Source: Marsupella aquatica
Lineage: Eukaryota > Plantae > Marchantiophyta
Direction: 5' to 3'
NCBI GenBank assembly: GCA_973895155.1
Contig: OZ316891.1
Location: forward strand, 4,322,018 to 4,386,017
DNA length: 64,000 bases
Part shown: positions 38,254 to 50,680 of the stretch, piece by piece
Layout: every line of letters begins with the position of its first letter
Position numbering within the stretch: the stretch's first letter is position 1
The notes under the pieces: generated by a model
Databases searched by the model: none
Told to the model about the DNA's origin: nothing
The model's input: the letters and a program-made list of their open reading frames with translations, nothing else
Made by a program: the position numbers and the translations under genes

Positions 38254-39401
38254 AACATGGTGACGGACCAAACAAGAAGTGTGACGCCTAATGGAGAAGG
38301 GTGTTTTCAATTTTGATCGATTTTCGCCAATTTTCACAATGTGCGCGACACATTTCTTGCAAAATCAATGATTTTTGCAAAACCAACTAATTCGTATCGT
38401 TCCCAACTTTGCGAGGAATGATGGCTTCATCCCAAATTGTGAATTTCAATATCCTCACTAACTTCAAATATTTTCATTGCGACAATAGAACCCAGAAATA
38501 TTTCCATTTTGGTTAGATTTTGAAAATAGAACTTTTGGTTACAAGGAAAACAGATCAAGAAAACAAAACTATTCCGATACCGGTATCGCTCCTCGAATTC
38601 CATTCAAATTTGTTTGCCGTTTCTTTCATAAAATGAAGGTTTCGAAATATTTACCACATTCTAATAGTTTTTTACATCAAAGTTCACCACACAGTCAGCT
38701 GAAGTTACCTCGTAGTTCACCAAGTAGTTTGCAAAATTCCATTGTCAGCGTTGAAAAAAGAATACAAATGGCAATGTCCATTTGTAATTTTTCCGGACTC
38801 ATTTCTTAGTCCTTCCTCTAGCGAACCGGTGTTGCTCTTCCTCCCGGTTCACCTGTAATCCTCACTCAAATACAGTCCGCGATATTGGTATCGCTCTTCC
38901 TCCTTGACCACCTATAAACACCACTCCAATACAGACCGCGATACTGGTATCGCTCTTCCTCCTTGACCACCTGTAAACACCACTCCAATACAGACCGCGA
39001 TACCGGTATCTCTCTTTCTCCTTGACCACCTGTAAACACCACTCCAATACAAACCGCGATACCGGTATAACTTTTTCTTTCGAAAATCTTGAATGTCAAT
39101 CCAATAAACATAACAATACTGGTATTTGTAGTCCTTCAGGATCATATTAACCATGGGGTAAGTTTTGTAGTCAACCGCACAGTTTATGCAGTTTACCGTC
39201 TCAAGTGGATTTTTTAAAACTGTTTGGTTGCGCAATGCGAAGAGCGATCCGCGTATCGCTCTTCACTTTCAAGACTCCAAAACAAACGATATTCTCACTC
39301 ATGGGCATTTCGTATCGGAGATTTCTTTACTTAGCCGTGATTTTGCGATCGGGCAAAACGAGAAGGGTGGTCACACTTCTCGTTTGGTCCGTCACTGTGT
39401 T
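38254..39401. mobile_element. Non-autonomous TIR element (MITE-like, Tc1/mariner-like ends)
   Basis: ~30-bp inverted repeats AACA(TG/CA)GTGACGGACCAAAC(A/G)AGAAGTGTGAC at 38254-38285 and 39370-39401; no coding capacity; TSD unclear. Confidence 0.7.
38820..39070 (+). repeat. 59-bp tandem repeat (~4 copies) with a palindromic GATACCGGTATC core
   Basis: accgcgata(c/t)(c/t)ggtatcgctcttcctccttgaccacct(g/a)taaacaccactccaatac with a 59-nt period. Confidence 0.9.
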
Positions 39402-42400
39402 TAAGTCATAGGTCATTACACTCTGGTTCTTGCATCTGGGTGACAAGTGCTCCTCTAGAGTGTGTGATCCAAACATGTGTAGGCACCAATCGCACCATTG
39501 GTGGGGTCTAGGAGGGCAGGACAAGGGACATCACCAGGCACACATGGTGAGTGGTTCTAGATGATGTACATTGTGCTCTGTGCAAATATTGACATCCAAG
39601 AGACGTGTCATCCAACTATGGGCCAGAAAGCCCTATAAGCAGGACAGTCATATTGGCAACTGTGTACACACCCTTGGCACCTAATTTGTGGTGGGTCATG
39701 TACAAGAGACACAAATACCAAGGATGTTGGGAAGGGTACTAAAGCAGGTAGAGGCCGGCTGTAGTTATTCCTGGCAACAACATGGTACTCAAAGTACCAT
39801 GCAGACTGGGCTGGCAGGATCCCAAGTCTAGCATACTCAAGGCGCAACCTCTCTACCTTGGCTGCCAGCCGCACATATTCAGCGTTGCGGGTCCTTATCA
39901 TAACTTTTGCTTCTGTTGTGATGTATGTCCTCTGTTCACGTCCTCTATTCAAGAAGGTGAGCAGGAGGTGTACTTGGTCCACCAAAAGCAACCAACCTAA
40001 ACTTATCAGTTCCCACTCACTGTGTCCCTTGGTTCCAACTAGAGGTCACAATATCAACATAGCATGAAACCCTCATGATCAACAATCTTGCAAACTACAA
40101 TATCCAGAAAGATTGAAAGGCTCACCTTGCAGTGAGCAGCAGAGAGGCAGTTTACTGCTAGCTGTCTTGATGTGCAGGATCACCTCCATTGTTGCTTAAT
40201 TGTGGTGTATACCCTTAGATCCAGGTCACACTTCACAGCTGCTAGGTGAAACAGAAAATGCTTATATCTTCAGAACTCTATAAAGGATGAACATTGTCCT
40301 TACCAAATTGTGCGTTTACTAGATTGAGGGGAGAAGTATTGCTCATTGGAATACAATAGCAGTATTGGATGTCTCAAGCACTCTTTGTACCAAACTACAA
40401 TGTCTTGAAAACATGGCATAATTTTCCTCAATCTAACTTCATAACCAAAATACAGAGTGTGTTCACAATAACAATCTTTCCAAAAAAGGCCCCACCACAA
40501 GGGGGTGGCAGAAAGTAGAGAAGGCTTCAGGAAAATGGGAATGAAAAAAATGCCTCCAACCTCAATTCATCCATGGCCCAGTTCAAGGAAAAACAAATTA
40601 CAATATTCAGAAAGAGTAAACTCTACACTTAGGTTTCCACATCAAAATGCCATACACATAGTTATCGAACCGTTCAGATTTGACCTTGCCATTTTGTTGC
40701 CAATAAAGATTCTAAGTCAAATTTTATTTAACTGTTGTTAAATATTTAAGTATACTTTGTCACAAGGTTCAAATTGTACAACAAAATGTAGTACATATAT
40801 TGTACATAGCTCGCGACTGTAAAACCTTTGGAACACTACAAAGCCCTGCAAAACCTCAACATTCAACATGCAAAGTTGATGCTCTTCCCAATGGCACAAT
40901 ACTCACTAAACCAACACTTAGTGGGAGTAGTCACGTTTACTCTTCACCCTGCCATGATCCGTTGAGATGAACCCCAGCACATGTAAGGGGTTTGTACCAT
41001 GTGCTTACATGTGCTGGATGGTTCATCTCAATGGTACAGATCCAGCACATGTAAGGGGTTTGTAGGAAAACCAAAATACCAAAATACTACGGCCCTAAAC
41101 AAGTCAGATTAAATTTGGGCTCAGGGTTAGGGACAACTTTAAAGGAAACCCTTAGGTCAGCATGGTTACTGCATGGCCATCTTGGGTACATGTTACACAT
41201 TTATCTTGGCCTGACAAACTTCAATAAAGCGGGATGTTGGTGAAGTAGAGCCGGCTGTGAATTGAAAATTATGCCAGCCCAAAAATCTTGGGTATGTGTG
41301 CACATTTTTCTTGGCTCTAAGGCAAACTTGAACAGAATGCCATTGGGATGTTAATTGGTGAAGCCAAGCACCCTAAATAGAAATTGTATGTTGCCCACGC
41401 ATAGCAAGGAAGATGAATGAATTGAGTATAATAGGACTTGCTTTTTGGCAATCTGACCCATGCCCTTTTGGCGCGCGTAGGACAACTACGTGCAACCCCA
41501 TGACCATTATCAATAGTAAACAAATCAACCACTAACATTCTAGAGTGCTGATAGTTCACAAAGTAGCAAAGTTTCTTTTAATAGTATTTTCATAAACTAT
41601 TAAACACTTACAGTCCATCCTAGTAGTTGTGTGAACCGGTGCAATGGTTCCCAGTCATTTTAAGTATGTCAAAAGGACTTAGTGGGCTTAGTCCTAAAAG
41701 GTTCAGTCTAAATTGCCCCGGTTTCTACTAGTGCTTGCTCAATAACTACTAAAGACAAACTTTCACATTTATGTCCTGATTTATGTATCTTTGGGCCACA
41801 ACACTTCTAGTAGATAGGATTCAATAACAAGACCAAAATGACTAAGGTTGTGCCAAAGTTCCAAACTACATTTTGATCCCAATACCAAACAAAATGAGGA
41901 GAACTATCATGATTTTCTATGACCTTTTGGGTCAAAGAAAAGTATGGTGCTACCTGTGTAAATAGAATTGGATGCAAAGCCATTCTAGTAGCTAATCACT
42001 TTGCTTATCAGAAAACAATTGCATATCTAGGATCTAGGGTTTCTCAGATAGAACTCATGGTGAAATTAGACCCCATCAATCATGCAAAATCATCATGTCT
42101 AAAACTAGAGGTGCATACACGTGCAATTCCTTCTTAAAGTAACCCTTCAGAACTCAATAGGACAGTCATATCATTCTATTTCTCCTTCTTCACACTCACA
42201 GTGCACTCAAGGGTTTCTAAACAGTTAAAATTGTTGAATTTACTCTCTAACTTGAAATTTTGATTACATAGGGCAACCTATATGTAAGGGTCCAGACCAT
42301 TCGTACATATTCTTGAAAACTCTCAACCAGAAATTGATAGTACTCCTATACCAATTTCACTCCCATAACATGTTGGACAGAAGATCCTTGATCAGCCCAA

Positions 42401-43454
42401 CCCCTCAGTAAACAAGAAAATTCACAGCAAGCTCATCTTAATAATGATGTGTTCATGAGGTTGAGCTAACCATGATGATTACTGATATAGATTTATTTTT
42501 ATTTCCTTGCAAGCTTATATTTTAAGACATTAATGTTGCTAGTTAGGGTAGCTAATGTTCAACATTGGAAACCATGGCATACAACTCATGTAGAGTAGAT
42601 AGGGTCCTACATTACTACTGGCCTTACTATTTCAAATCCTGGGTCTTAAATATAAGAAAGGGTTTGGGTGTCCATTAATTTTAAGTTTTTTTTAACTGTG
42701 AAAAGGCTAGATCTCCACTCTAGTGTTTTCCAAAGAACTTGAAATTTTAGACCAACATTTGCCTTCAATAAGAAATCAAGAATTCTACATTTGTAAAATG
42801 TCTAAAAATTAATATATTTTAGTAATGAAAAATCAGGCTGACTAGTTTGGTTGTAGACTCCTGTGTTAAAAAGACCATATAACTTGGTTTTAACATTTTA
42901 TTTTTAATTCCACATCCAAATGCGATCAGTTTTGTTTTAACGAAAATCTTGTCTGATTGGACCTGTATTGTTTCTCCTAGTTGAACGGATATAAAGCCCC
43001 TCTCATTAAAAAGTCTTTCAAGCATTTTGTGGCATTTAAAGTATCTATCCTGCAGGACTAGACATATGTTATTGTTACTAAATTTGGATATGAGAGCGTG
43101 GTCTTCTACCAGTACACAATACCTGTGGCTTACTAGGCATATCGAACTGACCAGGGCGATGTACACATGTAAGGCATTATTCTCTTTCACCTAACTAGAT
43201 ACTGTGTAACAGTGTTTGCTTCTTGCTTTCCCAACTTGGATGGGGCCGTGTGAAAGAAACCAAAATAGGATCTGCACTGATCACAATTTAATAAAACATA
43301 CAATCTATGTTCCCACGGTTGGAAATGCTATTATGAGGAGTATGAGTCTTCAATATGTGGGCACTCAACTGTGACCGTCCCACTCATGTGCTCTTTCTAC
43401 CTTCACAAACATCTAAACCACCTGATCCGATTGCAGGGATCTCCTAGTTCTGGT

Positions 43455-43640
43455 GATTCTGGGCCTGTAAAAAGGCATTGCCATCCCTAAGCCTGCGCTT
43501 TACCTTCTTGATGCCGACATTGGGCCTGTACCTAATCAGGCATTGCCATCCCTGCGCCTGCGCTTTGCCCTCTTGATGCCGACATTGGGCCTGTAATCAG
43601 GCATTGCCATCCCTGCTCCTTTGCTTTGCCTTCTTAATGC
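43455..43640 (+). repeat. ~60-65-bp tandem repeat, 3 copies, overlapping the AP2 last exon
   Basis: tgggcctgta..aggcattgccatccct..gcgcttt..ttcttgatgc repeated three times. Confidence 0.85.
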
Positions 43641-46266
43641 GGCTACTAGATCATCAGATGATATATCCTTCAGCTGAAAACAAAATTTTGTTTCAATTTC
43701 ATCTCTTGGAAAAAATTGTTCTGGCTGAAGTAAAGTTGGAATATAATATTATACCCAATATAACATTGCAAACGAATTTTCTGGAATTCAAAGCCCTAAT
43801 TCAACATAAGACAACCAATTAAACAAGACTGTTGATTTAATTTTAAAAGCTTTTTCACTCTTAATCTTTTATCCAGATAATATGACATCAATCAAAGTAA
43901 CACTTCACAGAAAGGAAAGGAGAATCACCTGTTGAAGTTCCCCAGCGTAATCGTCTAGGCTGAAATTAAGTCTTAATGTATCAACCCCCTTAAAGTGTAT
44001 CATGGCTCTGTCGTTGGCCCTAAGATCCATGAGATGTCATAATAATCAGGGTATCAATTTTCCTAGCTATAAGATTGTTTATATATATATATATCAACAG
44101 TACACAACATCCCTGAAGATTGTTGAGTAACATCAGAGTGGATATTACTATTTAATTTTTGATAAATTTTTATAGGTAGTAGTCAATTCGACAACATTTT
44201 TTGGAACAACATTATGATAGAAAACGTGGATTTTACCTTGCTGCTTGAATTTCAGTAGCAGAAGCTCCTGAAAAACAAACGCTCAGTACTTAGACTGTGA
44301 CCCTGGTTTCTAAAGATAAATACATTGCCCAACAAGTCTTAGTATGGTCATAATAAATCAAATATGCCCAAATTGTCAGGAGGACCGGATAAACAAACAA
44401 GATTATTTGTCAAGGTTTGTGCTTGTACCAACATATATCTGCTTACGATCATCCCTGCCACACATTATCAAGTGCAAACCTATAATCAATTTTCAAATTC
44501 CACAAGACCAGATATACTGACAGGAAATATCTACATCACGAATTAGCCATGCATTAGCTCAAAAGGACCAGTCATTAGGAAGACAAAGAAATTAGAGTAA
44601 TAACGATCCCCTTACTAGCAAGAACTCTTACCATACGTGAGTTTCCCATCTCCCAGTCCTTTTGTAGTGTGTCACACCGTAAAAAACTGAGCTTCTTTGA
44701 CGAGGTCCTCTCCTGTTTGTACGAGGGACTGGCGGTACTCTGTTCCCATTGTTTGGACGGGTTCTCCTGGTTGCACGCGGGACTGGCGGTGCTACGACTC
44801 CACTGTTAGCAGGGGTCCTCCTGCTTGTACGTGGGACTCGTGGTGCTCTGGTTCCATAGTTTGCGGGGGTTCTCCTGCTTGCACGCGGGACTGGCGGTGC
44901 TGTGTTTCCAGCACGGGTCCTCCTGGTTGCACGCGGCACTGGCGGTTCCACTGACGGTTCGCTGTTTCGACGCCGGGTTGACTGTCTCCTGTGTGTACGC
45001 GGGATTGTAGCTGCAAAAACAATAGCAGACTACAACTGATTTTGAATGCAAAGGGTGTATTTCTTTTGGGAGAAACTTACTGCTTGTATAGTACAAAGAA
45101 TTTACAATCCTACGAAAATGACATACAATGGACATATCTGCAGAGCTAGGAAAGATTAGACATCCTATGCATGATTGATATACTTACCTCCTTCATTATC
45201 CCCTCCCTGCTGAGGGTTGACGAGGCCATCTTCTTCACGAGGATTTTCACCTCCCTGCTGAAGGTTCATTAAGTCTCCTGCCGTGATTGGTATACCTTCA
45301 CCATTTTCACTCCCCTGCTGAGGGTTAATGCCGTTTATGAAAGGCCCCACTCTTTCAAGCTCCTTGTTTCCTGCTCCTGTCAATGACACAATCTTTGTTG
45401 CTTAGCTTAGTTGTGTAGACGTACTAGCTCAGATAATTATTTCCTACAAAGTTGCTTAGAGACAAAATATATTCCGTTTCTTGTACACATATCCGCATAG
45501 CTTCTGTGGCATAACATCTTATTGGGCATCAACTGAGGAGAGACTGTTGTTACTTTCGTTATTAGTTTAAGAAAGCAAATGCAGCCGGCCTTGAAAGAAT
45601 CGTTTCAAAAGGATTGAAGAAGAGATGTTTATGATTTTCCTTACCTTCTTCTGGAGATGGAAGGTTTCCCTCAGGAACAAGAACAACTTGAGCTCCCGCA
45701 GGTGAGGCAGCAGGATCACATGATGGCTGAACTGTTATCACTGACCTCACTGCTTGAGTAGAAATCCATGCTTCTGGCGCATAACCTTCAGGTACAAGAA
45801 ATTGCCCAAGTACATGCTGTGATTCCTGATGCGCAGGGAAAAGGTTGTGTGTATTTTGTGACAGGTCTCTGACTGGATTCTCTGGGAACAGGTTGAGAGT
45901 ATCTGCGGGTATACTCTGTGACTGGTTCATGAGAGGAAACAGGTTGAGTATATTCTGTGAATGGTCACTGAAAGGAAACAGGTTGAGTATATTCTGTGAC
46001 TGGTCACTGAAAGGGAACAGGTTCAGTGTGTTCTGTGACTGATCACTGAAAGGGAGCAAATTGAGTATCTTCTGTGACTGGTCACTGGGAGAAAACAGGT
46101 TAGTATTCTGTGGCTGACCACTAGGGAAAAGGTGAAGTGTATTCTGCGAGTGATCAGTCAGGGGAAAGAGGTCCAATAGTTTCGGCTCAGCTCTTGATGG
46201 AAAAACTCGGCTTTCGACGTTCGCCCCAAGGTTGAACAGGAACACAGGGAAAGTTTCTCGACTCAT
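43536..46266 (-). CDS. Diverged euAP2-lineage transcription factor with a single AP2 domain (~491 aa, 7 exons)
   Basis: Exons 46266-45645, 45376-45188, 45010-44632, 44454-44429 (26 nt), 44267-44237 (31 nt), 44019-43929, 43673-43536, all phase-compatible. [26 protein letters not shown]|DDRKQIYV|[11 protein letters not shown]|[18 protein letters not shown]..|..LRRQSKG matches euAP2 R1 plus linker, with the 26/31-nt micro-exons I recall from APETALA2. Confidence 0.85.
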
Positions 46267-46779
46267 TTTGAAATAACTCAAATCCCTCTACAGTAGTAAC
46301 ACAGCTACTTTTACCTGCATAACAAGTACCGAGTTGAGCACATACCAGATATGAACTATTTCAGTAAGTATCAATGCATCCTATTGAGAGTTCTTTTGTA
46401 CTTGATATGAACAAAGAAAATACCTGCGTGCAGTCAGTCTCATACCAACAAACTTGGGACTGATTAGAGTGCCCTCCACTAGTTTCAGCCACACTTCCAA
46501 TCTCTGGTAGTAGGAAAAATTCTCTACTCTTTCTTTCTAGAATGTCAGCAAACAGTACAACCACCCCCACTGGTGAGGCCAGACAATGATTTGAATCGGG
46601 TAAATATAGCTCCCCAGAATAAGGAAAATCTAGTCCAGCGTCTCTCCATTTGTGTTGCGCGCTTCTCATATATTTTTTCACAGAACATGGGCTCGGTACG
46701 TCTGTCTACTCTCTTATAGAAGAGAAAAGAGGGCAGTAATTATGCTAGCTAGAGGTAAGCGTGAAACATCCAACACTTT

Positions 46780-49700
46780 CATTCCGGACCTATCCCAGCC
46801 AATTAATTCCAAACCTAATGAAACTCTTCTGGTGCCGGCTTAGCATTTTCGATTAGCACAAGATGCATGCAATGAAATATCAAGTCCACAGTGCAGTGTT
46901 TTTGTAGTTAGTATCCCTTATCTATATATCGCTAACCTAACAATTAATAGGCTTCATGTTCTCTAGTACCATCAGATGCATTGAAAAAGAACAGAGTGCA
47001 GAAACTTTGAACTCTGTATCCCGCACCTACCCCAAGCCTAATAAAGTAACAGTACTCCTCTCATGGCTGCTTCATATTTTCGACCATGTCTGCACCGTCA
47101 GATGTAAGGAAAGGGTCCACCGCCCAGAGTTCTGGTAGTCTTGATCCCGAACCTATCCCTACCGTAACAATATCCCAACCCTAACGATAGTATTTTCGTG
47201 GCGGGTTAATGTTTTTAAGGAGCACCAGATATAATGAAATAGTCCACAGCGCAATCCGTAGCCTCTCCAGGGATGAAAATGCTTACAATAGATCTCTAGA
47301 AAATCACCCTTACAGTATCTAAACAAGCACGATTATAATCTCTGAAGAAGCACCTCCATCAACTGTCCGAAATATGCCCTGAGGTTGTGGCACATACTGA
47401 AAAATCATTACACCGGCCCTAACTTAGGGTTACTGATAGTCGTATCGCACATACACAGACACATACATAGACATACAAAAAACTTTATGGACTTCATGGA
47501 TATAAAGAACTAACTATGACTTACAGAGCGTGGATCTTTGTGCCACCGTCCGTCAATTGAACTGGTAGACAGTTATATTTGCAGAAGACCTTTCACCCGC
47601 AGAAATATGTGCTCTCTTCCAAAATCTGTTCATATTCCACGGTAGATTGACGGTTATCCTCTATAAGTGAAGGTTACACTACTCCCTTCGGGTTATAAAA
47701 TGCATAGATAATACGGTAGAGCAACTGCAAGGCTTGAGGGCTAGGCTAAGACTAGACATTACTATTACCATAGAGTAACCTAAAAAAGCCACTATTTAAT
47801 TCAAGATGAGCCACTGACAATGAATAGGGCCTAAAGTTCTGGACGGATGATATTCGATAGATCGCAAGCTCAAAACTTACAACGAAATCAGATCGATACT
47901 TAGGCACCCTCAGACACTCTAGACAGGGCTCCACTAGCCCCAGATGTAACGAAATAGTCCACTGCAGCGCAGTCCCTTTATGGCAGTGGTCTCGACTTAC
48001 AGTCACTAAAGAAGCTCTCTTATACACTCTAAAGAAGCGCATGGATCAGCACCTCGATCAATCGTCGGATCATTGTGGTCAGGCTGAAAACGTTATGCCG
48101 AGTTTACGGTTTAAGACTTTATCAACCGAAAATGGTGGCGCACATACATGGACAGACCGAACAGGCACTTTCTTGAGCTTCCTGGCCGGGCAGATCGAAG
48201 CCTTCTTACTATGAAATTGGGAGCAGAAGTATTTACTGCGGATCTTCTTGCAGACCGTCAAGAGAAAGTGTGCAGAAGTCGGTTCATTCGCAGCAGTTGT
48301 TTTGTTTCAAGTTCTGTCGGTAAACGTTCACGGGTTACCGGCTGTAATTGAAAGTCATCCTACTCCCCTGAGATTAGCGAATGCACCGATAGAGGTGTAC
48401 AGCAATTGCAAGAGTTGAGGCTAAAACTGGACACTACGATTGGGACTACGATTAGCACTGCAGCATAACTTGACAAAGCCATTCTGTACGTCGAAATGAG
48501 CCGCTCACAATGAGCAGGGCCCAAAGTTCTAGGCGGATGATGTACGCTAGACCCCAAGCAAAACTTCCAACGAAATAAAATACTCACGTACCTTCAGACA
48601 CTCTAGACAGGGTTCCACTAGCAACGGATGTAACTAAATCCTCCACAGCGCAGTCCCCTCAGAGGATCGAGTACTCTCGACTTACAGTCTCTAAAGGATC
48701 ATTCTTATGCACTCTAAAGAAGCATTGGATTAGCACCTCGATCAATCGTCGGAACTGTGCTCTGCTCATTGTGGTCAGGCTGAAAACGATGCACCAAGTT
48801 TAATTAGGGTTAAAGCATTATCAACCGCAAAATGGTAGCGCATGGACAGTCCCGGACACTTTCTCGAGCTTCCCGGACACAAGTCTTTCTACTATGAAAT
48901 GGTCTGCAGGAAGGCCTAGCTTACTGCGGATATTCCTGCAGACCGTCCTCAATTGCACCCGTCAATTGCACCCTCAACAGCAAGTCTGTAGAAGTCGTTT
49001 CATTCGCAGCAGTTGTTTTGTTTCGAGTTCTGTTCCTAACAGTGCACTAGGTACCGGTTGTTATTGAAAGTTATACTACTCTATCGAGATTAGCAAATGC
49101 ACCGATAGTATGCACCGATAGTGTTGTACAGCAATATATTGCAAGAGTTGAAGCTAAAACCAGACACTATGATTAGCACTGCAGTAGAACTTCACAAAGG
49201 CATTCTGTCGAGATGAAATAGGGTTTAAAGTTCTAGACAGGTGATGTACGATAGAGCGCAAGCTAACTCAAAACTTACAACGAAATCAAATACGTACGTA
49301 CGCACCTTTAGACACTCTATACAGGCCTCCACCAGCGCCAGATGTGATGAAATACTCCACAGCGCAGTCCCTTATAAAGAGTGCTCTCCACTTATGTACA
49401 GTCTCCAACGAAGCACTCTTAAACAAACTAACGAAGCACCTGGATCAACACCTCGATCAATCGTAGGAACTATGCTCTTTCCATTGTGGTCAGGCTGAAA
49501 CCGTTGCACCAAGTTTAGGGTTTAAGACTTTATCAACCAAAATGTTAGCCTACATACATGGACAGACCGGACACTTTCTCGAGCTTCCTGGACAGAAGTT
49601 TTCCAGAAATGGTCAGCAGGAAGGACTTACAGCGGATCGTCCTGCAGACCGTCCTCAATTGCACCGTCAACAGCAAGTCTACAGAAGTTGTTTTATCCGC

Positions 49701-50680
49701 AGCAGTTGTTTTGTTTCGAGTTCGGTTCCTAACAGCACGTATAAGGGTTACCCGCTGTAGGTGAAAGTTATGCTACTCCCTTGAGATTAGCAAATGCACC
49801 GAGTGATATAGGGTAATTGCAAGAGTTGAGGCTAAAATAGGACAGTACGATTAGTTCTGCAGTAAAACTTGACAAAGTCATTATGTCAAGATGAGCCACT
49901 GATAACACATAGTACCCAAAGTGCTAGACGTCTAACCAACAACGAAATCAAATACGCACCTTGAGCACGTGCCTCGCCTCGCCTCGACTAGCACCAGATG
50001 AAATGAAATAACCCACAGCGCAGGCCCTTATAGGAGTGCTGTCGACTTACAGACTCTAAAGAAGCACTCGTATCCACTCTAAAGAAGCACCTGCAGCATC
50101 AGCACCTGCATCAAATCGTCAGAAACTATGCTCAGTCAGGCTGAAAAACGTTGAACGAACTTTAGGGTTTCAGACTTGATCCAACTAAAGTGGTAGCGCA
50201 CATACATGGACAGACCAAACACTTTCTCGAGCCTCAAATGGTAGCGCACAGACATGGACACACCAGACACTTTCTCGAGCTTCATGGACAGAAGTCCGTC
50301 CTTCTACTATGAAATGGTCAGCAGAAAGGACTTACTGCGGATCTTCCTGCAGGCCGCCCTCAATTGCACCGTCAACAGCAAGTTTGCAGAAGTCGTTTTA
50401 TCCGCAGCAATTGCTTTGTTTCAAGTTCTGTTCCTAACAGTACAAGGGTTACCCGCTGTAAGTGAAGGTTATCCTACTCCCTTGAGATTAGCAAATGCAC
50501 CGATACTGTTGTACAGCAATTGCAAGGGTTGAGGCTAAAACCGGACACTAGCACAGTAAAACTTGGCAAGGGGATTGTCAGAGCTACTTTCAATGAATAA
50601 AGGCCTCAGGTTTGGAAGGATAATGTAAGAAATGTCGCCAAGCTGACTCAAAACTTACAAGGAAATCAAATACGCACACC
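46780..50680 (+). repeat. Tandem array of ~5 diverged ~660-715-bp units preceded by shorter related units
   Basis: Marker (g/t)aaat..(t/c)ccac(a/t)gc at ~47236, ~47951, ~48634, ~49349 and ~50005. Units share cacctcgatcaatcgt, gtcaggctgaaa, gacactttctcgagcttc, gagattagc(a/g)aatgcaccga and ttgcaagagttga. Confidence 0.88.

Noticed and set aside
38820-39070. CRISPR-like array or repeat-protein ORFs (38862-39235)
   Set aside because: Contiguous 59-bp tandem units; the period is not a multiple of 3, so the ORFs are by-products of the repeat.
43929-44019. Suspected frameshift in the AP2 exon
   Set aside because: On recount the exon is 91 nt and phase-compatible (..DDYAGELQQ|LKD..).
47752-50532. 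Family of similar small ORFs (MDRPDTFSSF.., ..FIRSSCFVSSSV)
   Set aside because: The similarity arises from the tandem array; frames and stops differ between units, so there is no coding conservation.
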